A stretch of DNA of 64,000 nt from Amaricoccus sp. (GTDB taxonomy: Bacteria; Pseudomonadota; Alphaproteobacteria; Rhodobacterales; Rhodobacteraceae), in the NCBI GenBank assembly GCA_965243535.1, contig CBDEVG010000045.1, positions 294,955-358,954 of the forward strand, given 5' to 3'. This document shows positions 18,934 through 28,572 of the stretch, piece by piece. Both the position numbers and the translations under genes were made by a program. The notes under the pieces were generated by a model, which saw only the letters and a list, made by a program, of their open reading frames with translations, had not been told where the DNA came from and ran no database searches. Every line of letters begins with the position of its first letter. Position 1 is the first letter of the stretch.

Positions 18934-19752
18934 TCATGCGGCCGTGCACAGGCCCGACACGCACACCTGACCCGCGGCGCAGTCGGCATCGGTCGCGCAC
19001 GCGTCCTCGCAGCCGTCGTCGACGAGGCCGTCGCAGTCGTCGTCGACGGCGTTGCCGCACACCTCGGCGCCGCACATCGGATCGCCGGAGCACACACCCG
19101 ACACGCACACCTGACCCGCGGCGCAGTCGTCGTCCGCGCTGCAGACGAGGCCACGGCCTTCGCAACGTCCGCCGACGCACGCGCTGCCCGCGCCGCAGTC
19201 GGCATCGGTCGCGCACTCGAGCTCGGAGGTCACGCACGCGCCCATCGCGCACACCTGTCCCGCCGCGCAGTCCGCGTCGAGCGTGCACTCGCTCGTGCAG
19301 TCTTCGTCGACCACACCGTCGCAGTCGTCGTCGACGCCGTTGCTGCACGCCTCGGCGCTCGGCTCACAGCCGCTCGAAGCGCGACATGCGCCCGCATCGC
19401 AGCGCGAGCCGGCGGGGCAGTCCGCATCGGCCGCGCACGCGAGCGAGCCAGGAAGGTCCGCGCACGCGCCCGCGACGCAGAGCCGCATCGGCCCGCACGC
19501 GCTGTCGGTCTCGCAGGCCTCGCCGCGTCCCGCCCAGCACGAGCCATCGACGCACACGGCCTCGCTCGGACAGTCGGCGTCCGACGCACACGCCGCGAGG
19601 CACCGGTCCTCGACGCAGCTCGCGCCCGCCGCGCAGAGCTCGTCTTCGGTGCACGCCGTGACCGCGTAGCTCGATCGACCGAGAGGCTCGGCCTGACATG
19701 CAGCGAGCGAGGCGAGGGATGCAGCGGCGAAGAGCACGTGACCGAGACGCAT
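18934..19752 (-). CDS. Cys-rich repeat lipoprotein (multiple DADCPAG..C modules plus two MopE-type CxNxVDDDCDG motifs)
   Basis: Start MRLGHVLFAAASLASLAACQ (lipobox). 272 aa with about 40 Cys in repeated modules. The DNA-level repeats encoding the DDDCDG motif are also seen at 18250-18305 and 19320-19357. Confidence 0.6.
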   Translation of the reverse strand: MRLGHVLFAAASLASLAACQAEPLGRSSYAVTACTEDELCAAGASCVEDRCLAACASDADCPSEAVCVDGSCWAGRGEACETDSACGPMRLCVAGACADLPGSLACAADADCPAGSRCDAGACRASSGCEPSAEACSNGVDDDCDGVVDEDCTSECTLDADCAAGQVCAMGACVTSELECATDADCGAGSACVGGRCEGRGLVCSADDDCAAGQVCVSGVCSGDPMCGAEVCGNAVDDDCDGLVDDGCEDACATDADCAAGQVCVSGLCTAA

Positions 19753-19865
19753 GAGGAACCTCCGAGAAGGGGATGCGCTCCTTCCGCAAGCAGGGTGCCA
19801 GCGAGGCCACGCGATGAATCAGCGCGATCCTCGACATTCATGGGCGTCTAACTGTCTCGCGACAT

Positions 19866-21182
19866 TTGTTATTGTCTCACTGCGACATGGCCCACGGCGC
19901 CCGGATCGACCGCTATGCGATGCACACCGTGCTCGGGCCCGACGTAGGGCGCGCGAGCGATCGGCTCGGCGGCCCCGACGTCATCGTGAAGCGCGCGAAG
20001 GAGGGCCCGGCGCGCGACGCGCTCGAGCGCGAGGTGAGGCTCGCGATCGATCTCGAAGGACACGCCGCCGCGCGTGCCGTTCACGCGGTCGCGTCGCACG
20101 AAGACGGATCGCTCACGGTCGTGCTCGAGGACGTGATCGGCCGACCGCTCGACCTCGTGTCGCCTGCGCCGCGCGAAGCACACCGACTCGCGGTCGAGCT
20201 CCTGCGCGCGTTGCTCTCTCTCCACGACCGCGGTCTCGTGCACGGCGACCTCAAGCCTGCGCACGTGCTCGTCGACGAGGACGGTGCGATCCGCCTGCTC
20301 GACCTCGGCCTCGTGACGCCCCTGGGCGCGCCGGCACGCGGCGGCACGCACGGCTTCCTCGCCCCCGAGCTCCTCCTCGGCGCGGCGACGAGCGCGCAGA
20401 CGGAGCTCCACGCGTTCGGCCGCACGCTCGTGGCGGCCAGCATGCGAGGGCTCGACGCTGGGCTCGACCGGCTGATCGATGCGTGCGTCGCGATCGATGC
20501 ACGCGAACGACCGCCTTCGATCGAAGCCGCGCTCGCGATGCTCGACGCGCTGCCCCGTCACCGTTCGGTCTCGCGAGACGATCCGCTCGCGAGCGTGCTC
20601 GTCGAGATCGATCGTGCGCTCGAGGCGGACGACGGACGCACCCTGACGATCGCGCTCGCACGCGGCGGAGGTCGCACGCACCTCACGCGCACGGCCGTCC
20701 ATCGCTCCTCGGCGCGGCCCGCGCGATCACTCGTGGCGGTCGGAGGCGGAGCGTTGGTGGGCGGGCTCGTCGCCGCAGCACCGCTCTTCGAGACACCGCA
20801 CACCGAGGATCGCGAGCGTCTCGTCGAGCGCACGCTCTCACGCGCGATCGACGCTGGCGTTCGCTGGCTCGTCGACGGAGGGGGACGACGCGAGCCCCGA
20901 CCTCCGCGCCGATCTCGTGACAGCGGCGCGCGCATCGTTCGCTCTCGGCCGAGGCCTCCTCGTGATCGTCGGTGTCGACGACGCCCTCCACCGCGCGCTC
21001 GCGGACGTGAGCCCCTCGCTCGCGACGCTCAGCGTGCCCGAGATCGACGACGCCGAGCTTCATCGCGCGCTCGAAGGCGCCGACGTCGCGCTCGACGCGA
21101 GCGGGCGCGCCGAGCTCCTCGCGCGGACCGAGCGACGACGAGGCGTGGTGCACCGCGCGATCCGGAGGCTGGCGCGAGGTGA
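19866..21182 (+). CDS. Ser/Thr protein kinase domain ORF (probably the N-terminal part of a frameshifted STK/sigma-54 activator fusion)
   Basis: Hanks kinase motifs HGDLKPAHVLV (subdomain VIb), DLGL (VII) and GTHGFLAPE (VIII). Protein-like sequence runs to about 20882, and the remaining ORF tail is poly-Arg junk. An alternative start is MAHGARIDRY at 19887. Confidence 0.7.
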   Translation: MLLSHCDMAHGARIDRYAMHTVLGPDVGRASDRLGGPDVIVKRAKEGPARDALEREVRLAIDLEGHAAARAVHAVASHEDGSLTVVLEDVIGRPLDLVSPAPREAHRLAVELLRALLSLHDRGLVHGDLKPAHVLVDEDGAIRLLDLGLVTPLGAPARGGTHGFLAPELLLGAATSAQTELHAFGRTLVAASMRGLDAGLDRLIDACVAIDARERPPSIEAALAMLDALPRHRSVSRDDPLASVLVEIDRALEADDGRTLTIALARGGGRTHLTRTAVHRSSARPARSLVAVGGGALVGGLVAAAPLFETPHTEDRERLVERTLSRAIDAGVRWLVDGGGRREPRPPRRSRDSGARIVRSRPRPPRDRRCRRRPPPRARGREPLARDAQRARDRRRRASSRARRRRRRARRERARRAPRADRATTRRGAPRDPEAGAR

Positions 21183-24100
21183 CGTCTCGCTCGAGGTCGC
21201 GATCGCACGGGCGGTCGGGATCGTGGCGGTGGCGGAGCCCGATCCCTCCGTGCGACGCGAGCGGGCGCGCGCCGCGCGAGCGAACGACGCGCCGCGTGCC
21301 GCCCTCGTCGCCCTCGACACCGACGACGACGACGAGGCGCTCCGCCTCTCTTCCTGGGCCCACGCACGAACGGGCGCGGTCGCGCAGGCGATCGTGTTCC
21401 TCGATCGCATCCCCGCATCGCATCGTTCGGCGACCGATCGAGCCCAGCGCGCGCGATGGCTCGAGCGCGTGGGCAGGCTGGAGGAGGCCTTCGACGAGGC
21501 GGCGGCGCTGCTCGATCACACCGATCTGCCGCCCGAGACCCACACGATCGCGATCCTCGCCGCGGCCACGAGCGCGCACCGCCGCGGTCGTCTCGAGGAC
21601 GCGCGAGCAATCCTCGAGCGGGTGCCACCGACGCTCGACGCGATCGCCCGCTGCCGCCTCGACACCGTCGCGAGCGACGTGGCGCTGGCACGCGGCGATC
21701 ATGCCGAAGCGAGACGTCTCGCGTTGCAAGCGCTTGCGCGTGGAGAGGCGCTCGGCGATCGAAGTCTGCTCGCGCTCGTCGAAGCGCGCCTCGGTGCGAT
21801 CTCTGGTCTGGGTGGCGATGCCGGACGCGCGCTCGATCACCACGAGCGCGCGCTCGCTCACGCAGAGGCGGCGGGTGAGCTCAGCGCGCTCCCGCCCTAC
21901 CTCGGCAACGTCGCGAGCGCGCACCACTTGCTCGGTCACGTGGATCTCGCGATCGCGACCTACGAGCGCGCCGCAGGGCTCGCCGAGCGTCTGGGACGTT
22001 CTTCCTCGCTCGCGACGACGCTCGTGAACCTCGCCGGCCTGCACCAGCTCTTGCGCGCCGACGAAGAAGCGAACGCGCTGCTCGATCGCGCCGCAGACGT
22101 GGCGCGAGGCGTCGGCGCCGAGCTCGTCGTCGTGCAGTCGGTGCTCATCCGCGCGGAGCTCGCACGCGATCGAGGCGCCACGAGCCTCGCGAGGCGTGAG
22201 GCGACGCGAGCGCGCGACGCCTTCGAGGCCGCGGGGGCCGCGCGGCAGGCGCTCGAGGCCTCGGTGCTGCTCGCGGAGCTCGACGCGAGGGAGGGGCGAG
22301 CGAGCGACGCGATCGAGCGTGGCGCCACCGAGGAGCTCGAGAGCGCAGGACTCGACGCGCGCGCGGCGCTGGTCCGTGCAGAGCTCGCGTGGCACGCACG
22401 ACGAACGAGCGAAGCGTGCACGCTCGCCGAAGACGCCGCGGATCGCGCGCGCCGCGCACGACAGCCCGAGCAGGAGCTTCGCGCCTCGGCGTTCCTGGCT
22501 CGCGCACACGCGTCACTCGGCACGGGAGCCGCGGACGTCCACGCGAGCTCGTTCCGTCGTCGACTGGGCGACCTCGCGGCACGCACGCCACCGGGCCTCC
22601 GCGAGCGCTTCGTCCGTCGATGGACCGAGGCCGCGGGGCTCGACGACGTCGCGCACACCACCACGCGATCCGCGCGAGCCGCTGCGTCCCACGAAGGCTT
22701 GGGCCTCGCGGGCCACCGGCTCGTGTCGCTCGTACGGCGCACGCTCCTCGAGGCCGACGAAGCGCGGCTCCTCGAGGCCGCGCTCGACGAAGCGATCACC
22801 GCCTCCGGGGCCGAGCGAGGGTTCCTCCTGCTCGCGCGCGATGGAAAGCGTGCGGAGATCGCCGTCGCGCGCAACCTCGATCGCGACACGATCAAGCGAC
22901 CGCGCTTCCGCATGAGCCGATCGGTGGCCGATCGCGTGCTCGCGACGAACGAGCCTCTCGTGACGGCGAGCGCCACCGAGGATCCCGAGCTCGCGGGATC
23001 GCGTTCGATCCTCGATCTCGGCCTGCGATCGATCGTGTGCGTGCCCGTGCGTTCGCCCTCGGGCGTGGTGGGCGCGCTCTACCTCGATCACCGCTTCGAG
23101 CGCGGTCGCTTCGACACCGAGGTGTCCGAGATCGCGCAGGCGTTCGCGGACGTCGTCGGCCTCGCGCTCGAGAACACACGCCTGCATCGCGCGAACGAGG
23201 CGCGCCTGCACGAGGCCGAGGCGCTGCGCGCGGCGGCCGAGGAACGAGCGAGCGCCCACCTGCTCGACGCCGATCGCATGGCCGCGCTGTTGGCGAGCCG
23301 GAGCGTCGATCGCGCCGACGCACCAGGAGGCATCGTCGGACAGACGCCGGCGATCCGCGCAGCGATCGAGCTCGTGCGCAAGGTCGCCCGCTCCGACCTC
23401 GCGATCTGCATCGAGGGCGAGTCCGGCACGGGCAAGGAGCTCTTTGCGCGCCTCGCCCACGACGAGAGCCCGCGCCGCTCGGGCCCCTTCCTCGCGATCA
23501 ACTGCGGCGCCTTGCCCGAGGCACTGCTCGAGAGTGAGCTGTTCGGTCACGTGCGCGGTGCGTTCACCGGCGCGACACGCGATCACGAAGGACTTCTGCG
23601 GAGCGCGCACGGCGGCACGATCTTCCTCGACGAGGTCGGCGAGATGCCGTCCTCGATGCAGGTGCGCCTGCTGCGCGCGCTACAAGAGCGCGAGGTCCGG
23701 CCGGTCGGCGGGCGCGGCACGATCACCATCGACGTGCGCGTCGTCAGCGCCACCCACCGAAGTCTCGCGGACGAGATCGAGCGAGGGACCTTTCGCCGTG
23801 ACCTCTACTTCCGCCTCGCGGGCGTGACGGTCTCCTTGCCGCCGCTCCGCGAGCGCAGCGCGGACGTGCCTCTGCTCGCGACGGCAATCCTCGACCGCGT
23901 CGGTGGTCCCGGACGCAGGCTCTCGCGTCGTGCCCTCGCACGACTCCTCGCGCACCCGTTTCCCGGCAACGTGCGCGAGCTCGAGCAAGCCTTGCGTCGC
24001 GCCTGCGCGGTCGCGCAGTCCGACGTGCTCGAGCCCGACGACCTCGGGCTCGCGACGCCAGGCGAGCGCGTCGCGCGCGTGCAGCGCGTGGAGCTCACCT

Positions 24101-24258
24101 CGGGTCGCGTCGAGCGCGCTCTCTCGGACGCCGGAGGCAATCGCACGGTCGCGGCACGCGCGCTCGGCGTGAGCCGCGCCACGCTTCATCGCTTTCTCCT
24201 CCTCCAACCGCCGAGGGAGCCCGGTCGCCGCGGCAGGCCCTCACGCGGAGGACGCTAG
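20917..24258 (+). CDS. Sigma-54-dependent transcriptional activator with TPR-like repeats and GAF domain (frame is open upstream of the listed ATG back to the kinase frameshift point)
   Basis: Sigma-54 interaction domain: GESGTGKELFARLAH (Walker A), GAFTGA (GHVRGAFTGA) and DEVGEMPSSMQVRLLRAL. GAF-like segment LGLRSIVCVPVRSPSGVVGALYLD. C-terminal Fis-type HTH TVAARALGVSRATLHRFL. Long TPR/Ala-rich region at the N-terminus. Confidence 0.8.
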   Translation: MTAARASFALGRGLLVIVGVDDALHRALADVSPSLATLSVPEIDDAELHRALEGADVALDASGRAELLARTERRRGVVHRAIRRLARGDVSLEVAIARAVGIVAVAEPDPSVRRERARAARANDAPRAALVALDTDDDDEALRLSSWAHARTGAVAQAIVFLDRIPASHRSATDRAQRARWLERVGRLEEAFDEAAALLDHTDLPPETHTIAILAAATSAHRRGRLEDARAILERVPPTLDAIARCRLDTVASDVALARGDHAEARRLALQALARGEALGDRSLLALVEARLGAISGLGGDAGRALDHHERALAHAEAAGELSALPPYLGNVASAHHLLGHVDLAIATYERAAGLAERLGRSSSLATTLVNLAGLHQLLRADEEANALLDRAADVARGVGAELVVVQSVLIRAELARDRGATSLARREATRARDAFEAAGAARQALEASVLLAELDAREGRASDAIERGATEELESAGLDARAALVRAELAWHARRTSEACTLAEDAADRARRARQPEQELRASAFLARAHASLGTGAADVHASSFRRRLGDLAARTPPGLRERFVRRWTEAAGLDDVAHTTTRSARAAASHEGLGLAGHRLVSLVRRTLLEADEARLLEAALDEAITASGAERGFLLLARDGKRAEIAVARNLDRDTIKRPRFRMSRSVADRVLATNEPLVTASATEDPELAGSRSILDLGLRSIVCVPVRSPSGVVGALYLDHRFERGRFDTEVSEIAQAFADVVGLALENTRLHRANEARLHEAEALRAAAEERASAHLLDADRMAALLASRSVDRADAPGGIVGQTPAIRAAIELVRKVARSDLAICIEGESGTGKELFARLAHDESPRRSGPFLAINCGALPEALLESELFGHVRGAFTGATRDHEGLLRSAHGGTIFLDEVGEMPSSMQVRLLRALQEREVRPVGGRGTITIDVRVVSATHRSLADEIERGTFRRDLYFRLAGVTVSLPPLRERSADVPLLATAILDRVGGPGRRLSRRALARLLAHPFPGNVRELEQALRRACAVAQSDVLEPDDLGLATPGERVARVQRVELTSGRVERALSDAGGNRTVAARALGVSRATLHRFLLLQPPREPGRRGRPSRGGR

Positions 24259-25496
24259 AAGATCGTGCCGTCGGTGCGCGCGAGGATGGGCGGCGTTCCA
24301 TCACTGCGATGCTCGCGCGCGGCCTCGCGACCCGCGGCCCACGTGCCGCCTTCGATCACGCACGCGGCCGGCATCACCTCTCCCTCGACGCCGAGCGTCT
24401 CGCGCAGGCCCTGACCGACGCGCGCGAGCAGCGCGAGCGAGAGCGCGCGCCACTCGACGATCGGCTCGCTGCCCACGTCGTGCACGATCGATCGCAGGTC
24501 CGCCGAGACCGGGACGAGCACGCCATCGTCCACGAAGAGCCCACACGTGCGGTACTCGGTCATGCCCGGCAGCTCCGCGACGTCGTCGACGAAGACACCC
24601 GCCTCCTCGAGCACCGAGATCAGCGAGTACGTCATCCACTGTGAGAACGTGTGGAACGGTACGAGCCCCGCGCTCGGTCCCGCGCCGCCCGCCCGTGGGT
24701 GCGGCCACACGTCGCCGACGCTCACACCCATCACGGTGTGACGGCTAGGCCAGATCGGCGAGAAGGCCTCGAGGATCATCGAGAGCATGCGGCGTGCGGG
24801 GATCGCACGGCCGCGCTCGGTGCGACTCGCGCGCGACTTCATGGCATCGAAGAGGCATCCCAGCCGCGGCGCATCGTCGCCGAAGAAGTGAGAGGCCGCG
24901 CGCATCGCCGATCCGAGCTGGCTCAGGAGCTCCGTGCGACCAGCGAGGCCCTCCATCGGGTTGTCCGCTCGCACGTCGAGCGCGCGCGCGAAGCGCAAGG
25001 GATCGAGCGCGTCGAGCGCGTCGGCGTCGGCGCGCAGGGGCTGCTTCGGATCGTTGGAGAACAGGCCATCGACGTAGGCGTGAAAGCTCGCCAGCGCGAG
25101 GCCCTCCGTGCGACCGAGCCCGATGCCGGTCGCGCGCTCGAGGTAGCGCCACTTCGGTCCTGCGCCCGCGCCTAGAAGGATCGAGATGATCGCGATCTCG
25201 AAGAGGACACGCGCACGCTCGTCGGGGTCGCCGGCGAGCGCGGCGCGGATCGCCGCGAGTCGGTCGTGACCGCCGAGCCGCAGACGATCCAACCGGCTCG
25301 GCCACGGCACGCGTAGATCCGGGTAGCGCTGGCGCGTGATGCGCGCGACACGATCGATCACGCGCGGCATCGCGTCGAGCTGCACGCGGAAGTGCGCCAG
25401 CGAGCCCTCGAGCCCCGCCGTCAGCACCGACTCCGCGCGCTGGCGCACGGCATGCGGTGAGCGGAGGAACGCGATCGGGCTCTGCGCGTCCTGCAT
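24255..25496 (-). CDS. Conserved hypothetical protein (possibly DUF1688/URC4-like)
   Basis: Coherent 413-aa protein from MQDAQSPIAFLRSPHAVRQR... Family assignment is from memory only (…FHTFSQWMTYSLISVLEEAG). Confidence 0.45.
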   Translation of the reverse strand: MQDAQSPIAFLRSPHAVRQRAESVLTAGLEGSLAHFRVQLDAMPRVIDRVARITRQRYPDLRVPWPSRLDRLRLGGHDRLAAIRAALAGDPDERARVLFEIAIISILLGAGAGPKWRYLERATGIGLGRTEGLALASFHAYVDGLFSNDPKQPLRADADALDALDPLRFARALDVRADNPMEGLAGRTELLSQLGSAMRAASHFFGDDAPRLGCLFDAMKSRASRTERGRAIPARRMLSMILEAFSPIWPSRHTVMGVSVGDVWPHPRAGGAGPSAGLVPFHTFSQWMTYSLISVLEEAGVFVDDVAELPGMTEYRTCGLFVDDGVLVPVSADLRSIVHDVGSEPIVEWRALSLALLARVGQGLRETLGVEGEVMPAACVIEGGTWAAGREAAREHRSDGTPPILARTDGTIF

Positions 25497-25652
25497 GCTC
25501 GGGCGTGTGGAGTCGTGGCCGATGCGACCATGGTGCACGATCGCGCCGTCGCTCGACCACCCTGCCTTGACGCAGCGCGTCGGTCGGAGAATCCCGCGGC
25601 GCTTCGTTGGTCGTGTGACGGGAACGTGTCAAGATCGTGTCTGCCCCGCGCC

Positions 25653-27404
25653 ATGAGCTCGTCCACCGCCAAGCGAAAGAAGTCGAGCGACGAGGATCGA
25701 CTGATCGCGAGCACGCGTCGACTCTCGCTCGAGCCAGCGCCCGATCCGCGTCGCGAAGCCAAGCCCGCTGACGAGACGGAAGAGTCGGACGTCGAGGACG
25801 ACGCGGGCGGCTGGGCGCCGGATCGTCAGAGCGACTGGGGCTCGCTGCTCGCGGACCTCTCGCGTCCCGACGAGAACACGACGCTGCGTGTGCACGACCG
25901 CACGCACCTCGAGTTCCTCCTCGACTACGACCTCCGCGCGGACGCTCGCGCCGAGACATTCGAGTGGGAGGCGTACTTCTTCGCGCCCGAGAGCCTGCGC
26001 CTCACGAGCCGCACCTACGACAAGCAGGACCTCTACTCCGACCTCCAGTCGTACGTGCGCTTCGCCGTACCGGAGACGCCGTTCAGCGAGCTCTGCGGTG
26101 CACCGCTCGATCGCGTCCGCGCCGCGTTCGCGAAGAAGGACCCGACCTCGATCCTCTGCGAGCTCCGGTTCTACGCGTGCGTCGTGCGCGCCGCAGGCGT
26201 CGAGGCGCGGCGGTCGATCCTCGCGGGCCTCGAGGTCGCGACGCCCTCGATGGTGCCTCCGCCGCCCGGCTCGGGTCCGCGCGAGATCGCGCCGTCACGG
26301 CGAGCGATCGCGCTCGCCGCCGCCGATCGCATGATCGCGGACGTCGCCACGATCGCGAGCTCGATGCGCACGGCGCTCGAGCCCGCGCGCACGATGACCG
26401 ATCCGGTGCTCACGGCCGCGAGCTGGACCGACGAGGACGTCTCGCGTCTCCTCGAGACGTTGATGGCCAACCTCGCGTTCGGCCTGCGCGACGCGCGTGC
26501 ACCGGAAGGCCTGATCGCGAAGGCCGAGGCCGCCGCCGTCGCGGAGGCGCGCTACCGCGATGCGCACGGGCTCGATGGCATCGGTCACGTGGGCATGCCC
26601 TCGCGCCAGGCCGAGCACCTCGAGTTCCGCCGTCACGTGCTCAAGCGCTTCACCTCGTCGGTGCTGTGGCTCGAGCCCGAGGTGAAGGCCGCCTCGACCT
26701 GGGTGCTCCACTTCTTCTATGCGATCGCCGCGAGCGTCGCGATGGCGTTCGCCGTGGCCGCGGCGCTGTGGGGACCCGCGGGCATGAGCGTGGGGCCCAC
26801 GGGCTTCCTCGGCACGGACTTCTTCAAGTGGGCGGTGGTCGCGATCCTCGCGTACGCCGCGAAGGACCGCATCAAGGCGCTGCTCCAGACGATCTTCACG
26901 AACGTCGTGGCCCGTCACTTCCCGGATCGCAGCTGGCGCATCCGCGACGCGAGCAAGAAGCACGAGCTCGCCAGCATGGAAGAGCAATCCGGCTTCATCC
27001 CGTTCGAGGAGCTGCCGCCGGAGGTGCTCGAGGTCCGTCGCGCGACGCGCGTGTCGGCGCTCGAAGAAGAGGCGCGCCCCGAGACGGTCCTCTATCACAA
27101 GAAGACCGTGGTCGTGGATCGCTCGCTCGTGCGCAAGGTGGAGCCTCGCTACGACGCCATCACCGAGGTCTACCGCTTCGATCTCCGCCGCTGGCTCGCG
27201 CACACAGACGATCCCAAGCGTCAGTTCGCGTTCGCCGATCCACGCGAGGGCGTGGTCGCACGCGCCTCGGCGCCGCGCGTCTACAACCTCGGGATCGTCT
27301 ATCGCCTCAAGCGCGCGGGCGATCCGAGCGACACCGGCCGATGGCACCGCGTGCGCGTCGTCGTCACGCGCAAGGGCATCCGCCGCATCGAAGCGATCAG
27401 CTAG
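25653..27404 (+). CDS. Hypothetical protein with central TM segments (583 aa)
   Basis: ATG 25653 (MSSSTAKRKKSSDED...). Coherent non-repetitive sequence with hydrophobic segments STWVLHFFYAIAASVAMAFAVAAALWGPA and FFKWAVVAILAYAA. No family recognised. Confidence 0.5.
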   Translation: MSSSTAKRKKSSDEDRLIASTRRLSLEPAPDPRREAKPADETEESDVEDDAGGWAPDRQSDWGSLLADLSRPDENTTLRVHDRTHLEFLLDYDLRADARAETFEWEAYFFAPESLRLTSRTYDKQDLYSDLQSYVRFAVPETPFSELCGAPLDRVRAAFAKKDPTSILCELRFYACVVRAAGVEARRSILAGLEVATPSMVPPPPGSGPREIAPSRRAIALAAADRMIADVATIASSMRTALEPARTMTDPVLTAASWTDEDVSRLLETLMANLAFGLRDARAPEGLIAKAEAAAVAEARYRDAHGLDGIGHVGMPSRQAEHLEFRRHVLKRFTSSVLWLEPEVKAASTWVLHFFYAIAASVAMAFAVAAALWGPAGMSVGPTGFLGTDFFKWAVVAILAYAAKDRIKALLQTIFTNVVARHFPDRSWRIRDASKKHELASMEEQSGFIPFEELPPEVLEVRRATRVSALEEEARPETVLYHKKTVVVDRSLVRKVEPRYDAITEVYRFDLRRWLAHTDDPKRQFAFADPREGVVARASAPRVYNLGIVYRLKRAGDPSDTGRWHRVRVVVTRKGIRRIEAIS

Positions 27405-28572
27405 CGCGCACGACGAGACCGTCCGTGCCGCGGGCCAGCACGCCGACGCCACCCTCGCCTCGCTCGATCACCGAGGTGCGCCACGCGATGGCGCGACCGT
27501 CGTCGATGCCGAGCCGCAGCGCCCACGCGGTGCCGAACACGACCTCACGCGGATCGGCGAATCCCTCCGCATCGAACGTGCACGCGTGCGAGCCACGCGC
27601 GACGGGCCCGAGCGGCCAGCCCACGCACGTCGAGGTGAGGCCGAGCCCACGCCGCCGCACCGCGCTCCATGCGATCTCCGCGATCTCGCTACCGAGCACC
27701 CGACCTCGCTTCGCGCGCTCGTCGATCGCGCGAGCGATCTCGTCCTCGGACGCGGCCACCACCGTCGCGAGGCTCGCGTGCGCCGCGCTCTCGCTGCCGA
27801 CGAAGAGATCGATCGAGCTCGGCACCAACACGCGCGAGACGCTGCCGCGCCGCATGGCCCACAGATCCAGGCGTGCGCTCGATCCGGGCACGATCGCGCC
27901 ACCGTCGCGCTCCGAAGCACGCTGCGCGCGCGCGAGCTGATCGATCGCGAAGCCCGACTCGTCCGCGAGCACGAGCATGCGCGCGGCCGCCTCGGACTCG
28001 ATGCGTGTCCAGAGCTCCTGCCACGTCGCGAACGTGCTCGACGCGAGCGTGCGCCCGAGCGCTGCGCGGAGCGCCGCGAGATCCGCGATCACGTGCCCCA
28101 CCTCGTCCCGCTCCGCCTCGCCGAGCGGTCCCGCGAAGCGGTTCACGAGCTCGAGCGAGCTCCTCACCAGCGTGTCACGGCCTCGCAAGAGAGACAGCGT
28201 CGCTTCGTCGACGATCGCGAGGTCCGCGATCTGCGCGAACGGTGCTTGCTCGACGAGCACCGTACCCTCGCGCGGCACGTGCGCCTCGAGCGTCGCGCGG
28301 AGCTCGATCGCCGTGCGGTAGCGCGCGCGCTCGCCCGGGAGATCGGGTAACCCCGTCGCGTCGTCGTCGTGCACGATCGCCACGGGCAGCCCTTCCGCGG
28401 GGATCCAATAGAAGAAGCGACGCTCGGTCCCGCACGCGCGGAGGCCGAGCAGACGCGCCGCCACCAGGCTCCGACCGCGCAGGTCGTAGATCAGCCACCC
28501 ACGCGCGCGCTCGGCCACCAGCGCGAGCTGGATGGGACCGAGCAGCGTGTGGATCGAAGGCTCGACGCTCAC
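27397..28572 (-). CDS. Hypothetical protein, translationally coupled downstream of plsC-like gene
   Basis: GTG start at 28572 overlaps the TGA of the acyltransferase (GTGA overlap). 391 aa, VSVEPSIHTLLGPIQLALVAERARGWLIYDLRG... Vaguely creatinase/prolidase-N-like but without metal motifs. Confidence 0.4.
   Translation of the reverse strand: MSVEPSIHTLLGPIQLALVAERARGWLIYDLRGRSLVAARLLGLRACGTERRFFYWIPAEGLPVAIVHDDDATGLPDLPGERARYRTAIELRATLEAHVPREGTVLVEQAPFAQIADLAIVDEATLSLLRGRDTLVRSSLELVNRFAGPLGEAERDEVGHVIADLAALRAALGRTLASSTFATWQELWTRIESEAAARMLVLADESGFAIDQLARAQRASERDGGAIVPGSSARLDLWAMRRGSVSRVLVPSSIDLFVGSESAAHASLATVVAASEDEIARAIDERAKRGRVLGSEIAEIAWSAVRRRGLGLTSTCVGWPLGPVARGSHACTFDAEGFADPREVVFGTAWALRLGIDDGRAIAWRTSVIERGEGGVGVLARGTDGLVVRAS

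Noticed and set aside
20885-22030. Kinase ORF tail and overlapping ORFs 21029..21691(-), 21179..22027(+)
   Set aside because: Poly-Arg/Ser translations. The real coding frame here is the TPR region of the sigma-54 activator.
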